Positions 19,757 through 28,808 of a stretch of 64,000 nucleotides of DNA are shown in pieces (position 1 is the stretch's first letter; each line of letters starts with the position of its first letter). The notes under the pieces are model-generated. The model ran no database searches, had not been told where the DNA came from, and saw nothing but the letters and a program-made list of their open reading frames with translations. The position numbers and the translations under genes are program-made. The stretch is from an uncultured Ignavibacteria bacterium. Its GTDB lineage: Bacteria; Zixibacteria; MSB-5A5; JAABVY01. The stretch is from the NCBI GenBank assembly GCA_964496505.1, contig CAZBZV010000002.1, positions 37,179 through 101,178 of the forward strand, read 5' to 3'.

Positions 19757-22700
19757 TTATCTGACAACCCAGTCGCCCATCGGCAGCGGACCGCCCATGA
19801 ACAGATAGTTGAACAGATAATCGACGTCTAACTGATCGATATTGCCATCTGCATTAACATCGCCCAGATACAGGAACGGATGCGGGTAGCAGCCGCAGCC
19901 TGCAACATAGCAGTTCAGCACGCAGAGGTCGAGGATGTTAACGACATTATCGTCGTTGACATCGCCTCGGCCAAAGCCTGCGAACTTGTTGGCGAAGTTC
20001 ATTACTTCCGCAATATCCGCGCCAGGAGCGGTAGCATCGTTAAATCCGAAGATCACGACACCGCCCTTGACGGTTTCGTCACCATCGACGAACTGCTTGC
20101 CGGCAGTCAGAATGCCTGACATATCCTGACCGGGGTTTACACCCACTTCGGTGCCAGGATAGTAGCAGTCTGTATACGGCGGGCAGTCGTCAATATAGTT
20201 GAAGAATGAGTCGGTGATAAAGCCGTCATAGACCACAGGATCGTTCGCAACAGCAAAGGTTCCATAGGCGCCCATAGTGGGATCGCCGCCCACATACAGG
20301 TTGCCTTCAAGCGGAACCGAACCGCAGCCGTACTGATATTCAGGAGCGGTGTTGTCGAACATTCTGTAGGCTGAGAGACCGTCACCGATCAAACCAACCT
20401 GCACGTTAGCGAGATAATCCGGACCGGCATCCCAGTCAGTGAAGGTACCCCAGTACAGATCGGCCGGAATCGGATCGGAACCACGGTTCTGAATTTCAAC
20501 ATAGATATACTTGAAGTTGTTGAAGAGAACATCATGGCCGCCGTACTCCTTGACGAACATTTCCATGCCGATGGTGGCGGCAGGATCAAAGTTACCGCCG
20601 GCATCCTTCAGCGAGTCAATCCAGGAAGCGCTGAAGCGATCACCGGTGATTGTCCTGTCGAGACCGGTGGCATTGTAAATGTCAGCCGAGAAAGTATCGA
20701 AGGTACAGACGCTGTTGGGCTCGAATCCGTTAATGCCGGTGACTTCATCCAGCCAGGCAATATGATCATCTTCATAACCATAGAACCATGAATGGTGATA
20801 GCAGAAGTTCTCGATGCCGTCGATAGCGAAGGCATCGGCGGGACCGGCATCCGACATCCAGCCGTCGTTGTTGACATAGGATGTGTTCTGGAGAGCATCA
20901 CCGAAGTCGATATAGCCGTCACAGAATGCAAAACCCTTTACGGCCACGACTGTAACCGAGGCCTGGGGTTCGGCATGCGGATAAGGCGAATCGTCTTCAG
21001 GATTAAAGTCAGGATCGTCTGAATCGATTGTAACTTCAAAGGCATTCGGTCCACGGGCCATCAGAGCAGGATCGAGTACGAATTCCTGGTTGTGGAGCAT
21101 GCCGGCACCCAGCACACCTGAGGTGGTGGTGGCGCCGCCCGGGAACCTGACAAAGTCGGCAGCTCTTGAAATGTTGCCGAGATCATTGTCTTTGCCTTCG
21201 AACTGGTCATTAAGCTGACGATTCTCGAGACCACGCAGATCGAACTGGCCGCTTTCGGAGACTTCGGCATACTTCGAAAGACCGTTGCCGGAAGCCATCA
21301 AGGCGCCGTCCTTCGCTGTCACGATTTCCATATCCCAGGTCAGCGGGGCGCTGCCGGTATTGGCAAAGACATCGCCGAATCTGGAGATAGGATAGGCATC
21401 GATAAACGAAACAGCGTCAAGATTAACGACAGGATCGGGAATATGCAGACGCGGACGATCGGCGCCGACCTTGAAGCAGAACACCTTACCAAAGGTGTTG
21501 CCATAATTGGAGTCGAAGGTGGCCACGATCACATAATCTTCATCAGCATATTCGGCCACGGCCGTACCCAGAACACCGCCACTGAAGCGGTATTTCAGGA
21601 GAACATTACCGGTCATGGCTTCCATGATTCTCCAGGTACCCTCGTTCCAGATATAACCCGTAAACAGATACGGGTCACAGGTGGAGGCAAAGGAGTTGCT
21701 GGAGATCGCCCATCTGTCACCCACGTGGTTCGGGAAATCACCGAACCATACGAACGAGCCGTTCGATGTGAACTGCTTGGTCGGGCTGAGGGTGGCATTG
21801 CCAACCGAGTACGGACCCCAGGCAGCACCGGTGGGTGTTGCCGCGCCGCCGACCGTGACTCTATTCCACGGAGTGGGCATATAGTTGGGGGTGACGTACC
21901 AGGGAGCCTGGATCAGATTCCAGCTTCCCCACAGCGGTGTAAAGTCTGCCGCTGCCAGCTTAATCAACGAGCCCTGGTTCTGGCCAATCATGGCCGGAAG
22001 AGTACCGGCTACATAAACAGCATCTTCTTCAGCATCATAAACCGGGGCAACGTCGAAGTCCTCATTAGGATTGGCTCCTTCGATTCCGGCCCAGGTGTAA
22101 AGAGTCGCACCTGTGGCGGGATTGATTTTGTAAACTGTACCGCCAGGACCGGAACCGGCACTGGAAGTACCCACAAACAGATCAGTTCCGTCTGTGGTGG
22201 GTGAGAATACCACACCCTGATCGAGCGTCACATTCCAGACATCAGCGCCGGTCAATTTGTTCAGACCATATAATTCACCGAAGCTTGTTCCGAAATAAAC
22301 ATTGTCGCCCAGAATCACGGGGATGGTAAACGCCATTTCACCGACCAAACCGCCAACGCCGCCCGGCAGCGGGCTGCCCAGATCGGCATGACGCACCCAG
22401 ATGGTGTCGCCGGTAAATGCATCAGCACAAACAATACCTTCATTCAATGATGAACGTCCTGTACCGAAGTAGATTCTGCCGTCGTCAACAGTCGGAGTAG
22501 TAGTCAGGAAGTTATTCGCATTGCCCATAAATGTTGCATACTGGGGATTAAATCCGACCACAGGGTTACCTGTGCGCCAGACTACACCACCGGTATACAG
22601 ATCAAGAGCAACGATCTCATCGTAGAAGGCTATGTAGACTAATTCGTTAGCGATCACGGGATGGCCGTAGGCAATTACATAATCACCCTGCCACTCCCAG

Positions 22701-23554
22701 AGTTTTGCGAAGTTGGTCAGATCGCCGATGATATTGGTCGAGTAACCTGTTCTGCCAAAGTTCTGGCCATGTGTCGGCCATTCCTGATTAGCCGGACAGG
22801 TATACGCCGGAACCTCACAGCAGACCTCTGCAAAGAGCTGCCAGTTTAAGGCATCGCCCGCAGCCATGCTGAGATAGGCATGATATCCTGCAGGAGCAAA
22901 ATAGGCCAGACCTCTTCCAGTGGCTTCGCTTGTACAGCTTCCACCATTAGCAACCAGCAGATCTTCAGTCAAGCCGGCAACAAAATCCGTCCCATTATTC
23001 AGCTCCACCGATACGAAAACATCTTCGCCCTGCGGGAAGTTCACTCCGTTAGCGGGCCATCCCGGAAGGGCAGATGCAGTCATAATGTTCGGGAAATACT
23101 GGATATCAGCCTGGTCTACGGCCAGCTCAAAGATGATACCGCCGTCTACCGCGAATTCATCCGGGTAGTCATCAAAGGCGGGATCTTCCCGATATACCCT
23201 GATGGTTACACCCGAAGTAAGGCCGCCCAGATCATACAGATAGAACTGCACATCATTGACATAGCACTGTTCGGCAGTGGTTGGGCTGAAACGTACCATC
23301 ATATCCCAAACATTATCCGTTTGGTCTAAAGTGATTGTGTAGGCAGGACCGCTACAGGTGTAATCCTGGACAGCACAGTCGGTATCATTCGGGACCTTGT
23401 ACGGAGTAGGAGTTGCCGGATCAGTAAGAACAGCAGCAGTACCGGGATCCAGAAGGAAATCTTGTTTCACAGGAGGATTACCATTATCGGCTAATGCAAA
23501 GTTACCAACTACAAAACTCAAAGCAACTAATGCAATCAAGAGTTTTTTAATCAT
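19757..23554 (-). CDS. Large secreted protein with PQQ/BamB-like beta-propeller repeats and a dockerin-like module at the extreme C-terminus
   Basis: The signal peptide is MIKKLLIALVALSFVVGNFALA. Repeated GxxxW motifs such as GGVVWRTG, GDTIWVRH and GADVWNV mark the propeller. The C-terminus carries GDVNDDNVVNILDL...GDVNADGNIDQLDVDYL, which looks like two dockerin Ca-binding segments. The ribosome-binding site GGAGGAAGTAAATG lies at 23554-23567. Confidence 0.6.
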   Translation of the reverse strand: MIKKLLIALVALSFVVGNFALADNGNPPVKQDFLLDPGTAAVLTDPATPTPYKVPNDTDCAVQDYTCSGPAYTITLDQTDNVWDMMVRFSPTTAEQCYVNDVQFYLYDLGGLTSGVTIRVYREDPAFDDYPDEFAVDGGIIFELAVDQADIQYFPNIMTASALPGWPANGVNFPQGEDVFVSVELNNGTDFVAGLTEDLLVANGGSCTSEATGRGLAYFAPAGYHAYLSMAAGDALNWQLFAEVCCEVPAYTCPANQEWPTHGQNFGRTGYSTNIIGDLTNFAKLWEWQGDYVIAYGHPVIANELVYIAFYDEIVALDLYTGGVVWRTGNPVVGFNPQYATFMGNANNFLTTTPTVDDGRIYFGTGRSSLNEGIVCADAFTGDTIWVRHADLGSPLPGGVGGLVGEMAFTIPVILGDNVYFGTSFGELYGLNKLTGADVWNVTLDQGVVFSPTTDGTDLFVGTSSAGSGPGGTVYKINPATGATLYTWAGIEGANPNEDFDVAPVYDAEEDAVYVAGTLPAMIGQNQGSLIKLAAADFTPLWGSWNLIQAPWYVTPNYMPTPWNRVTVGGAATPTGAAWGPYSVGNATLSPTKQFTSNGSFVWFGDFPNHVGDRWAISSNSFASTCDPYLFTGYIWNEGTWRIMEAMTGNVLLKYRFSGGVLGTAVAEYADEDYVIVATFDSNYGNTFGKVFCFKVGADRPRLHIPDPVVNLDAVSFIDAYPISRFGDVFANTGSAPLTWDMEIVTAKDGALMASGNGLSKYAEVSESGQFDLRGLENRQLNDQFEGKDNDLGNISRAADFVRFPGGATTTSGVLGAGMLHNQEFVLDPALMARGPNAFEVTIDSDDPDFNPEDDSPYPHAEPQASVTVVAVKGFAFCDGYIDFGDALQNTSYVNNDGWMSDAGPADAFAIDGIENFCYHHSWFYGYEDDHIAWLDEVTGINGFEPNSVCTFDTFSADIYNATGLDRTITGDRFSASWIDSLKDAGGNFDPAATIGMEMFVKEYGGHDVLFNNFKYIYVEIQNRGSDPIPADLYWGTFTDWDAGPDYLANVQVGLIGDGLSAYRMFDNTAPEYQYGCGSVPLEGNLYVGGDPTMGAYGTFAVANDPVVYDGFITDSFFNYIDDCPPYTDCYYPGTEVGVNPGQDMSGILTAGKQFVDGDETVKGGVVIFGFNDATAPGADIAEVMNFANKFAGFGRGDVNDDNVVNILDLCVLNCYVAGCGCYPHPFLYLGDVNADGNIDQLDVDYLFNYLFMGGPLPMGDWVVR

Positions 23555-24202
23555 TTACTTCCTCCTTAAAGACTTAGGAATATAGATTGTGTGTTAACCA
23601 TAAACCTTGTCGGTTTGCAAATCGAGAATAAATCATCAGCTGCATTAGGACCGATATCCAGTCCCGATTTGTGGGGGCCAATTCTTAATTCTTGTCTAGG
23701 GAATTTGAATCGGCACTCCGGGTTAACAACTTTACTTCCTAAATTACGGAGTCGGGATAGGCTGCAGAGTTCACACTCTTCAGATTTTCCCAATTTGGTT
23801 CAGAATTCAAAGCTTTTCTGCGATTCTTTTACCATCTCAAATCCTCAGATAATTCCTCCTTAAAGGATTAATAATAGACTAATTACACATTACAGCTAAG
23901 TAGTTATGATAAAAGAAATTGAGGTAAAGAAAAGAAGGTAAGATATAATTGTACCCACTTACCCGATTCTGTTTTTTGGGTGCGTCAGTAACAATTGTAT
24001 CAAAAAAGAAGAGTAACTGTAAGTTTTCTCGGCATAAACTCAAGCCATTAAATCTATACCGATTTCTCAAGCCGCACTCATGTTAATAGATTTTATTTTT
24101 TTGTCAAGATAAAATAATGACCTTTTTCCAAAATATTCAGTAAAATCAGGGCTTCCCGGACATTTTTGTTCAAAACCTGCACAAAAACGGCCATTATGTG
24201 CG

Positions 24203-24840
24203 CTGTCAGGAATCCTTTCCTGACAGTTATTGGTAGGGCAGAATCCGTAGCGAAGCAGAGCGATTCTGCCTATCCTATGGTTTGCCGTAAATGGAAGATA
24301 GGCAGAACCGCTAAAGGGTTCTGCCCTACATTCTCCCGATTTAAGGGATGTCCGCCCCTCATGGGTGGGATAAATCGCGTCAGGGTGCCCCAATCTTCAG
24401 ATTGGGAACGGCATATCGGATGAAAGAACCCAGGCTAAAGCCTGGGGCACCCCGGTCATAATACATTGCATTGCAACGGTTTGTTGGTAGGGCAGAATCC
24501 GCAGCGAAGCGGAGTGATTCTGCCTATTCTATGGTTTGCCGTAAATGGAAGATAGGCAGAACCGCTAAAGGGTTCTGCCCTACATTCTCCCGATTTAAGG
24601 GATGTCCGCCCCTCATGGGTGGGATAAATCGCGTCAGGGTGCCCCAATCTTCAGATTGGGAACGGCATATCGGATGAAAGAACCCAGGCTAAAGCCTGGG
24701 GCACCCCGGTCATAATACATTGCATTGCAACGGTTTGTTGGTAGGGCAGAATCCGCAGCGAAGCGGAGCGATTCTGCCCTATCCTATGGTTTGCCATGAA
24801 CCGGGGGATAGGCAGAACCGCTAAAGGGTTCTGCCCTACA
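24203..24840. repeat. Non-coding tandem array of 254-bp structured repeats, with two full units and a truncated, diverged third
   Basis: Units begin at 24230, 24484 and 24738. Copies 1 and 2 are nearly identical. The period, 254 bp, is not a multiple of 3. Nested GGCAGAA/TTCTGCC inverted repeats and several additional hairpins are visible directly in the sequence. Confidence 0.85.
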
Positions 24841-24954
24841 AGAAACCTACCCAACTTATAATACTGCAATGAATTATCTCAGATCGATTCCTGCCGCCGC
24901 CGTAAAAAACATTAAATCATTGCAAAAATAATCCATCTAAATATATTATCTGCC

Positions 24955-27345
24955 ATGATTATCAGGCATCTGAATATCAGAAACTTCCGCAAATACGCCG
25001 AACTCGATCTGGATTTTCCCGACGGCGTGATCGGGGTGGTGGGACGCAACGGTTCCGGCAAATCGACCCTTCTGGAGGTTTTTGCCTGGATGCTCTACGG
25101 CTCCAACGGTTTGAAAACGAAGAACATACAGATATATCCCGATTTTGCCCAGGATAAGGGTCAAACCGAAGGTGAACTCGATTTTATGATCGGCGCCCAG
25201 AATTTCCGCATAAGGCGCGGCTTCAAAAAGCCAAATAAAAGCACCGCAGAACTTTACGCCGAGGATAATATCCTTGCTACAGGCACAAAAGAGGTCAATC
25301 GGGAAGTGGAAAAGCTCTCGGGCATGGACTGGAAAGCATTTCAGACCTCGTTCTACACCCGTCAAAATGAACTGAATCTTCTCGGAAGCCTCCAGCCGGC
25401 CGAAAGAAGCAAACGCCTGGAGGAGATGCTGGGCCTCGAAAAGACAAATATTATTATTAATAATATAAAGGGCGACCTGCGTTCCTTGACAGGGGAGATC
25501 AAGGGCTTAGAGCAGCTTATTGAACGTGAGGAGGAATACAAGCTCCTGCACCATAAAAAGCTGCAGGAAAAGGAATCTACCTCCAAAACAGTCAATGAGT
25601 TGGAAGAAAATCTTAAGTCGCTGGATGAGGCCTTAAAGAAGCTTAAGGCCTCCTTTGCACAAAGCGAAAAGAAGCGTGAGGAGTTTCAAAAAGTCTCCTC
25701 TCGGCTTGAGCTTTTAAAGCATGATCTGAAAAAAAACGAGAGCGATAAGGATAAGACCGAGGCAAAAATTACCGCAATCGAGGCCCAAAAGGAACGCTTC
25801 GAGAATTTGAAAAAGGAGCTGAAGGCTCTTCCCGATGTCAGGGAAAATCTCAATCTGCTTGAAAAACAACAGCTTAAGTTCGAAAGTAAGACCCAGAAAG
25901 AGACGCAGCTTAGCCATCTCGAAAAATCCCTGGAAGCTCAGCTTGAAAAGGGCACAGCCTTAAGCAAGTCAATTGAGGAGTTTAAAAGCAAGGCCGGGGA
26001 CGTATCTATTATTATTAATAATATCAAGGAAATCGCCAAAAACACGGAAGGTTTGCAGGAGGAAGTCGCCTCATTCAGGGAGGAAAAGGCCGGGATAGCC
26101 TCCCAGCTTAATAAGCTCAAGGGACAGATGGATGATATCGAAAAGCTTGGCGACGAAGCGGTTTGCAGTTTCTGCCTGCGGCCGTTTAAAGGCGAGATGC
26201 ATGATATCGAGAAGCATTTCAAGGATGAAATCGATAAGTTGGAATCATCATGGAAAGCAGCTTCCGAAAAGCTGGATTCAAAGCAAGCCGAGCTGAAGAA
26301 GATACAGTTGGAAAGAAAGAGCCTTGAGGAGAAGCGCGATAAGGCTCAGAAAATTCAAAAGGAGCTTTCCAGTTCCGAGGGGGAGAGAAAGAATTTGCGC
26401 GAAAATTACAAGCAGGGCCTGAACCAGCAAAAAGTCCTGGAGGATGAGCTTAAAGCTCTGGGAGATACAGAGTTTGATCCAAAGATATACAGCAAAACCA
26501 AGGCGCGATTTGAGGATCTCCAGAAGAAAAACAACGAATATGCGGGCCTGAGGGAACGTATGGCCGGTCTCGACAGCCTCAAAAAAGAGCGCGAAGAACT
26601 GCTTGAGAAGAATGCTATTATTAATGATAATATTAGGAAAATCGGGCAGGAACTACAGATAATCGGTTTCGACTCAGAAGTGTATCAGAATGAAAAGGAG
26701 ACGCTTGATAGGAAAACCGATGAGCGCGAGGAGGCACGGGATAAGCTTTCGAAGGCTCGTGAGACGCTGGCCGGTCTTAATGCCGAGATCAAGGGCTATG
26801 AAAATCAGTTAAAGAATATTGAGGAGGCCAAAAGCCGAACCTCGGAGATATCAACCGAAAAATTCTATCTGGAAAGCCTGATCGAGCTTCTGGCGGAGCT
26901 GAAAACCGAACTTGCCGCGCGCATACGTCCTTTACTGATACAGATTTCCTCAAATCTTCTGGATCGTATGTCCGACGGCAAGTTCAGCGAACTGGATTTG
27001 AATAAAGATTACGAGATATCGGTCAGGGATTACGGCGAGCTTCAGGAGCTGAACCGTTTTTCAGGCGGGGAGCAGGATCTGGCCAATCTCAGCCTGCGTC
27101 TGGCGATATCAAAGCTTCTGGCTCAGTCCTCGCGTCTGGAGGCCGGATTTTTGATCTTGGACGAAGTCTTCGGCAGCCAGGACAGCTTCAGAAAAGAGAA
27201 TATTATGGGCGCGATTGCGGGATTACAGGATTTTTTCCAGCAAATCTTTATCGTAACGCATGTTGAGGATGTAAAAGAGGCGGTGCAGACGCTTCTGACG
27301 GTTGAGGAGAACCGTGACGGGTCCAGCTCGGTCATTGTAGATTAA
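24955..27345 (+). CDS. sbcC: SbcC/Rad50-like SMC-type ATPase carrying a zinc hook. No sbcD is present in the window.
   Basis: The Walker A motif is GRNGSGKST. A long coiled-coil is interrupted by a CSFC (CxxC) hook. The C-terminus has the ABC signature FSGGEQDLANL, a Walker B motif FLILDEVFGSQD and an H-loop VTHV. Confidence 0.7.
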   Translation: MIIRHLNIRNFRKYAELDLDFPDGVIGVVGRNGSGKSTLLEVFAWMLYGSNGLKTKNIQIYPDFAQDKGQTEGELDFMIGAQNFRIRRGFKKPNKSTAELYAEDNILATGTKEVNREVEKLSGMDWKAFQTSFYTRQNELNLLGSLQPAERSKRLEEMLGLEKTNIIINNIKGDLRSLTGEIKGLEQLIEREEEYKLLHHKKLQEKESTSKTVNELEENLKSLDEALKKLKASFAQSEKKREEFQKVSSRLELLKHDLKKNESDKDKTEAKITAIEAQKERFENLKKELKALPDVRENLNLLEKQQLKFESKTQKETQLSHLEKSLEAQLEKGTALSKSIEEFKSKAGDVSIIINNIKEIAKNTEGLQEEVASFREEKAGIASQLNKLKGQMDDIEKLGDEAVCSFCLRPFKGEMHDIEKHFKDEIDKLESSWKAASEKLDSKQAELKKIQLERKSLEEKRDKAQKIQKELSSSEGERKNLRENYKQGLNQQKVLEDELKALGDTEFDPKIYSKTKARFEDLQKKNNEYAGLRERMAGLDSLKKEREELLEKNAIINDNIRKIGQELQIIGFDSEVYQNEKETLDRKTDEREEARDKLSKARETLAGLNAEIKGYENQLKNIEEAKSRTSEISTEKFYLESLIELLAELKTELAARIRPLLIQISSNLLDRMSDGKFSELDLNKDYEISVRDYGELQELNRFSGGEQDLANLSLRLAISKLLAQSSRLEAGFLILDEVFGSQDSFRKENIMGAIAGLQDFFQQIFIVTHVEDVKEAVQTLLTVEENRDGSSSVIVD

Positions 27346-27364
27346 TCTTATTATTAATAATAAT

Positions 27365-28033
27365 ATGGCTAAACGAAAAACAAAAACATCCCGCCAGCTT
27401 CTCAGACTGGCACTTCTGATCCTGATTCTGACCTCGATCTATTTCCTGTTTCACGAGGTCTGGCAGGAGGAACCATCAGAGCCGCGTTTGACCGGCTTGA
27501 GAGCGGTTGAGATTATTGACGGGGACACGTTTGATGATTCCGAGGGAGAGACGATCCGTCTTCTGGGGATTGATACCCCGGAGGCCGGGGAAGCTTTTTA
27601 TTCAGCATCGACACGGGCATTAGACAGCCTGCTTGCCGGAAAGGTAATTCGCTACGAATTCGATTCACGCAAACGCGACCGCTATGAGCGGCTTTTGGCG
27701 TATGTTTTTACCAGTCATGATTTTGTAAATAAATCTCTGGTTGAGCAGGGGCTGGCCTCAGTCTATATTTTTCCGAAAGACATGAAAAATGAACATTACC
27801 GCTCAGTTCTGATTGAAGCCCAGAACAGCGCCCGTGACCTGCGGCTGGGGATATGGTCGCTTGGGCCGCCCCCGCCCGAGAGCTTTTATGTCGGCAATCA
27901 GAACAGCTTCAGGTTCCACCGGCCTACATGCTTTTCGATAGAGCGCCTGAACGACAGCGCGAAGATCATTCTGCCGAGCAGGGGTGATTTTTTCGATCTG
28001 GGCTATTCGCCCTGCAGAAACTGCAATCCCTGA
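27365..28033 (+). CDS. Membrane-anchored staphylococcal-nuclease-like (SNase, thermonuclease) protein with a C-terminal Ada-type zinc-finger-like tail
   Basis: The N-terminal hydrophobic helix LLRLALLILILTSIYFLF suggests a membrane anchor. The SNase motif is IDGDTF...RLLGIDTPE. The C-terminus FHRPTC...GYSPCRNCNP resembles the Ada zinc-binding consensus (CRPSC...RPCKRCRP). Confidence 0.7.
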   Translation: MAKRKTKTSRQLLRLALLILILTSIYFLFHEVWQEEPSEPRLTGLRAVEIIDGDTFDDSEGETIRLLGIDTPEAGEAFYSASTRALDSLLAGKVIRYEFDSRKRDRYERLLAYVFTSHDFVNKSLVEQGLASVYIFPKDMKNEHYRSVLIEAQNSARDLRLGIWSLGPPPPESFYVGNQNSFRFHRPTCFSIERLNDSAKIILPSRGDFFDLGYSPCRNCNP

Positions 28034-28036
28034 GGA

Positions 28037-28537
28037 TTACTCCTCCACTTTTAAATCGAATCTGATATCCTTATCGGTCTTCTCCATCACCGCCAGCACG
28101 AACGGCTGGGTCAGCACCTGCAGAACCGGTTTGCCTTCCTCTGGTCCCTCATTGACGGTCAAAGCAACAATCTGTTCCTCGCCTTCGACATAAACCGAGT
28201 CGAGCCTGACCCAGTAGCCGGTTGTGGGCTGTTCGCCCAGAAAAACACCGATTACTATTTCCTCGTCAAAATCGATATCCGGAGGCATGGTCTTTGCGTC
28301 AAGATACGAGTAATGCTCCTGCCAGATAGAATCAAATTCCTCCTCGGACTCGATAATCAAATCCATCGGCTCTGTAATCCCGGATTGGGCGCCGCTGGAA
28401 AGAAGCTCGTAATAAACTAATCCGGACTGGCTTGTATCTTCCTGTTTTGCTGTCTCTTCGGCATTGGAATCACCGCCCTGGCAGGCGAATAAAAACAGGG
28501 CAATTATAAGTATCGGTACTAAAACTCTATGCATCAA
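28037..28537 (-). CDS. Lipoprotein of unknown function
   Basis: The signal peptide plus lipobox reads LFLFAC|QGG. The protein is 166 aa. Confidence 0.45.
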   Translation of the reverse strand: MMHRVLVPILIIALFLFACQGGDSNAEETAKQEDTSQSGLVYYELLSSGAQSGITEPMDLIIESEEEFDSIWQEHYSYLDAKTMPPDIDFDEEIVIGVFLGEQPTTGYWVRLDSVYVEGEEQIVALTVNEGPEEGKPVLQVLTQPFVLAVMEKTDKDIRFDLKVEE

Positions 28538-28808
28538 AATTCCTCCCTCGATGCTTGGTATAAACCTTTTTCGATTCTGTCATGAAGCAGAGTGAAAAAT
28601 TATCGAAAATATTATATTTAGTCAAGTACTTTGAAGCGGGATATAAAAAGACGTTTCAGTCTATCACAGCCTGATTCAGAATGATAAAAATATGATGGAT
28701 GCTATGGATTTAAAGCGTTTTTGATTTATGTGCGTGCTTTAGATCGATGAAAAACTGTCGATATAAAGCATGAAAAGCAGCTTTAAAAATGTACGCCAAA
28801 GGGTAGTT

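Noticed and set aside
20137-23329. Many short ORFs on both strands within the 19757..23554 gene, and likewise within 52747..57594 and 46386..49016
   Set aside because: They are overlapped by long, signal-peptide-bearing, domain-containing ORFs. They have no independent support.
23555-23880. Duplicated RBS-like block TTTAAGGAGGAA at 23555-23587 and 23848-23880 (minus-strand sense), suggesting a duplicated promoter or leader
   Set aside because: Only about 20 bp are shared. The second copy precedes only an 11-codon ORF. It is likely a chance or remnant similarity in an AT-rich leader.
24067-24677. Small ORFs on both strands inside the repeat array that give repeated peptides (MGHPDAIYPTHEG..., ...CRKWKIGRTAKGF...)
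   Set aside because: They are artefacts of the DNA repeat. Because the 254-bp period is not divisible by 3, consecutive units fall in different frames. The ORFs are short with no RBS.
24203-24840. Considered whether the repeat array is a CRISPR array
   Set aside because: The repeat period is 254 bp with no short unique spacers. The units are themselves internally palindromic and about 250 bp long. No cas genes are nearby. The only nearby nuclease is Cas4-like and lies 27 kb away, beside ubiB.
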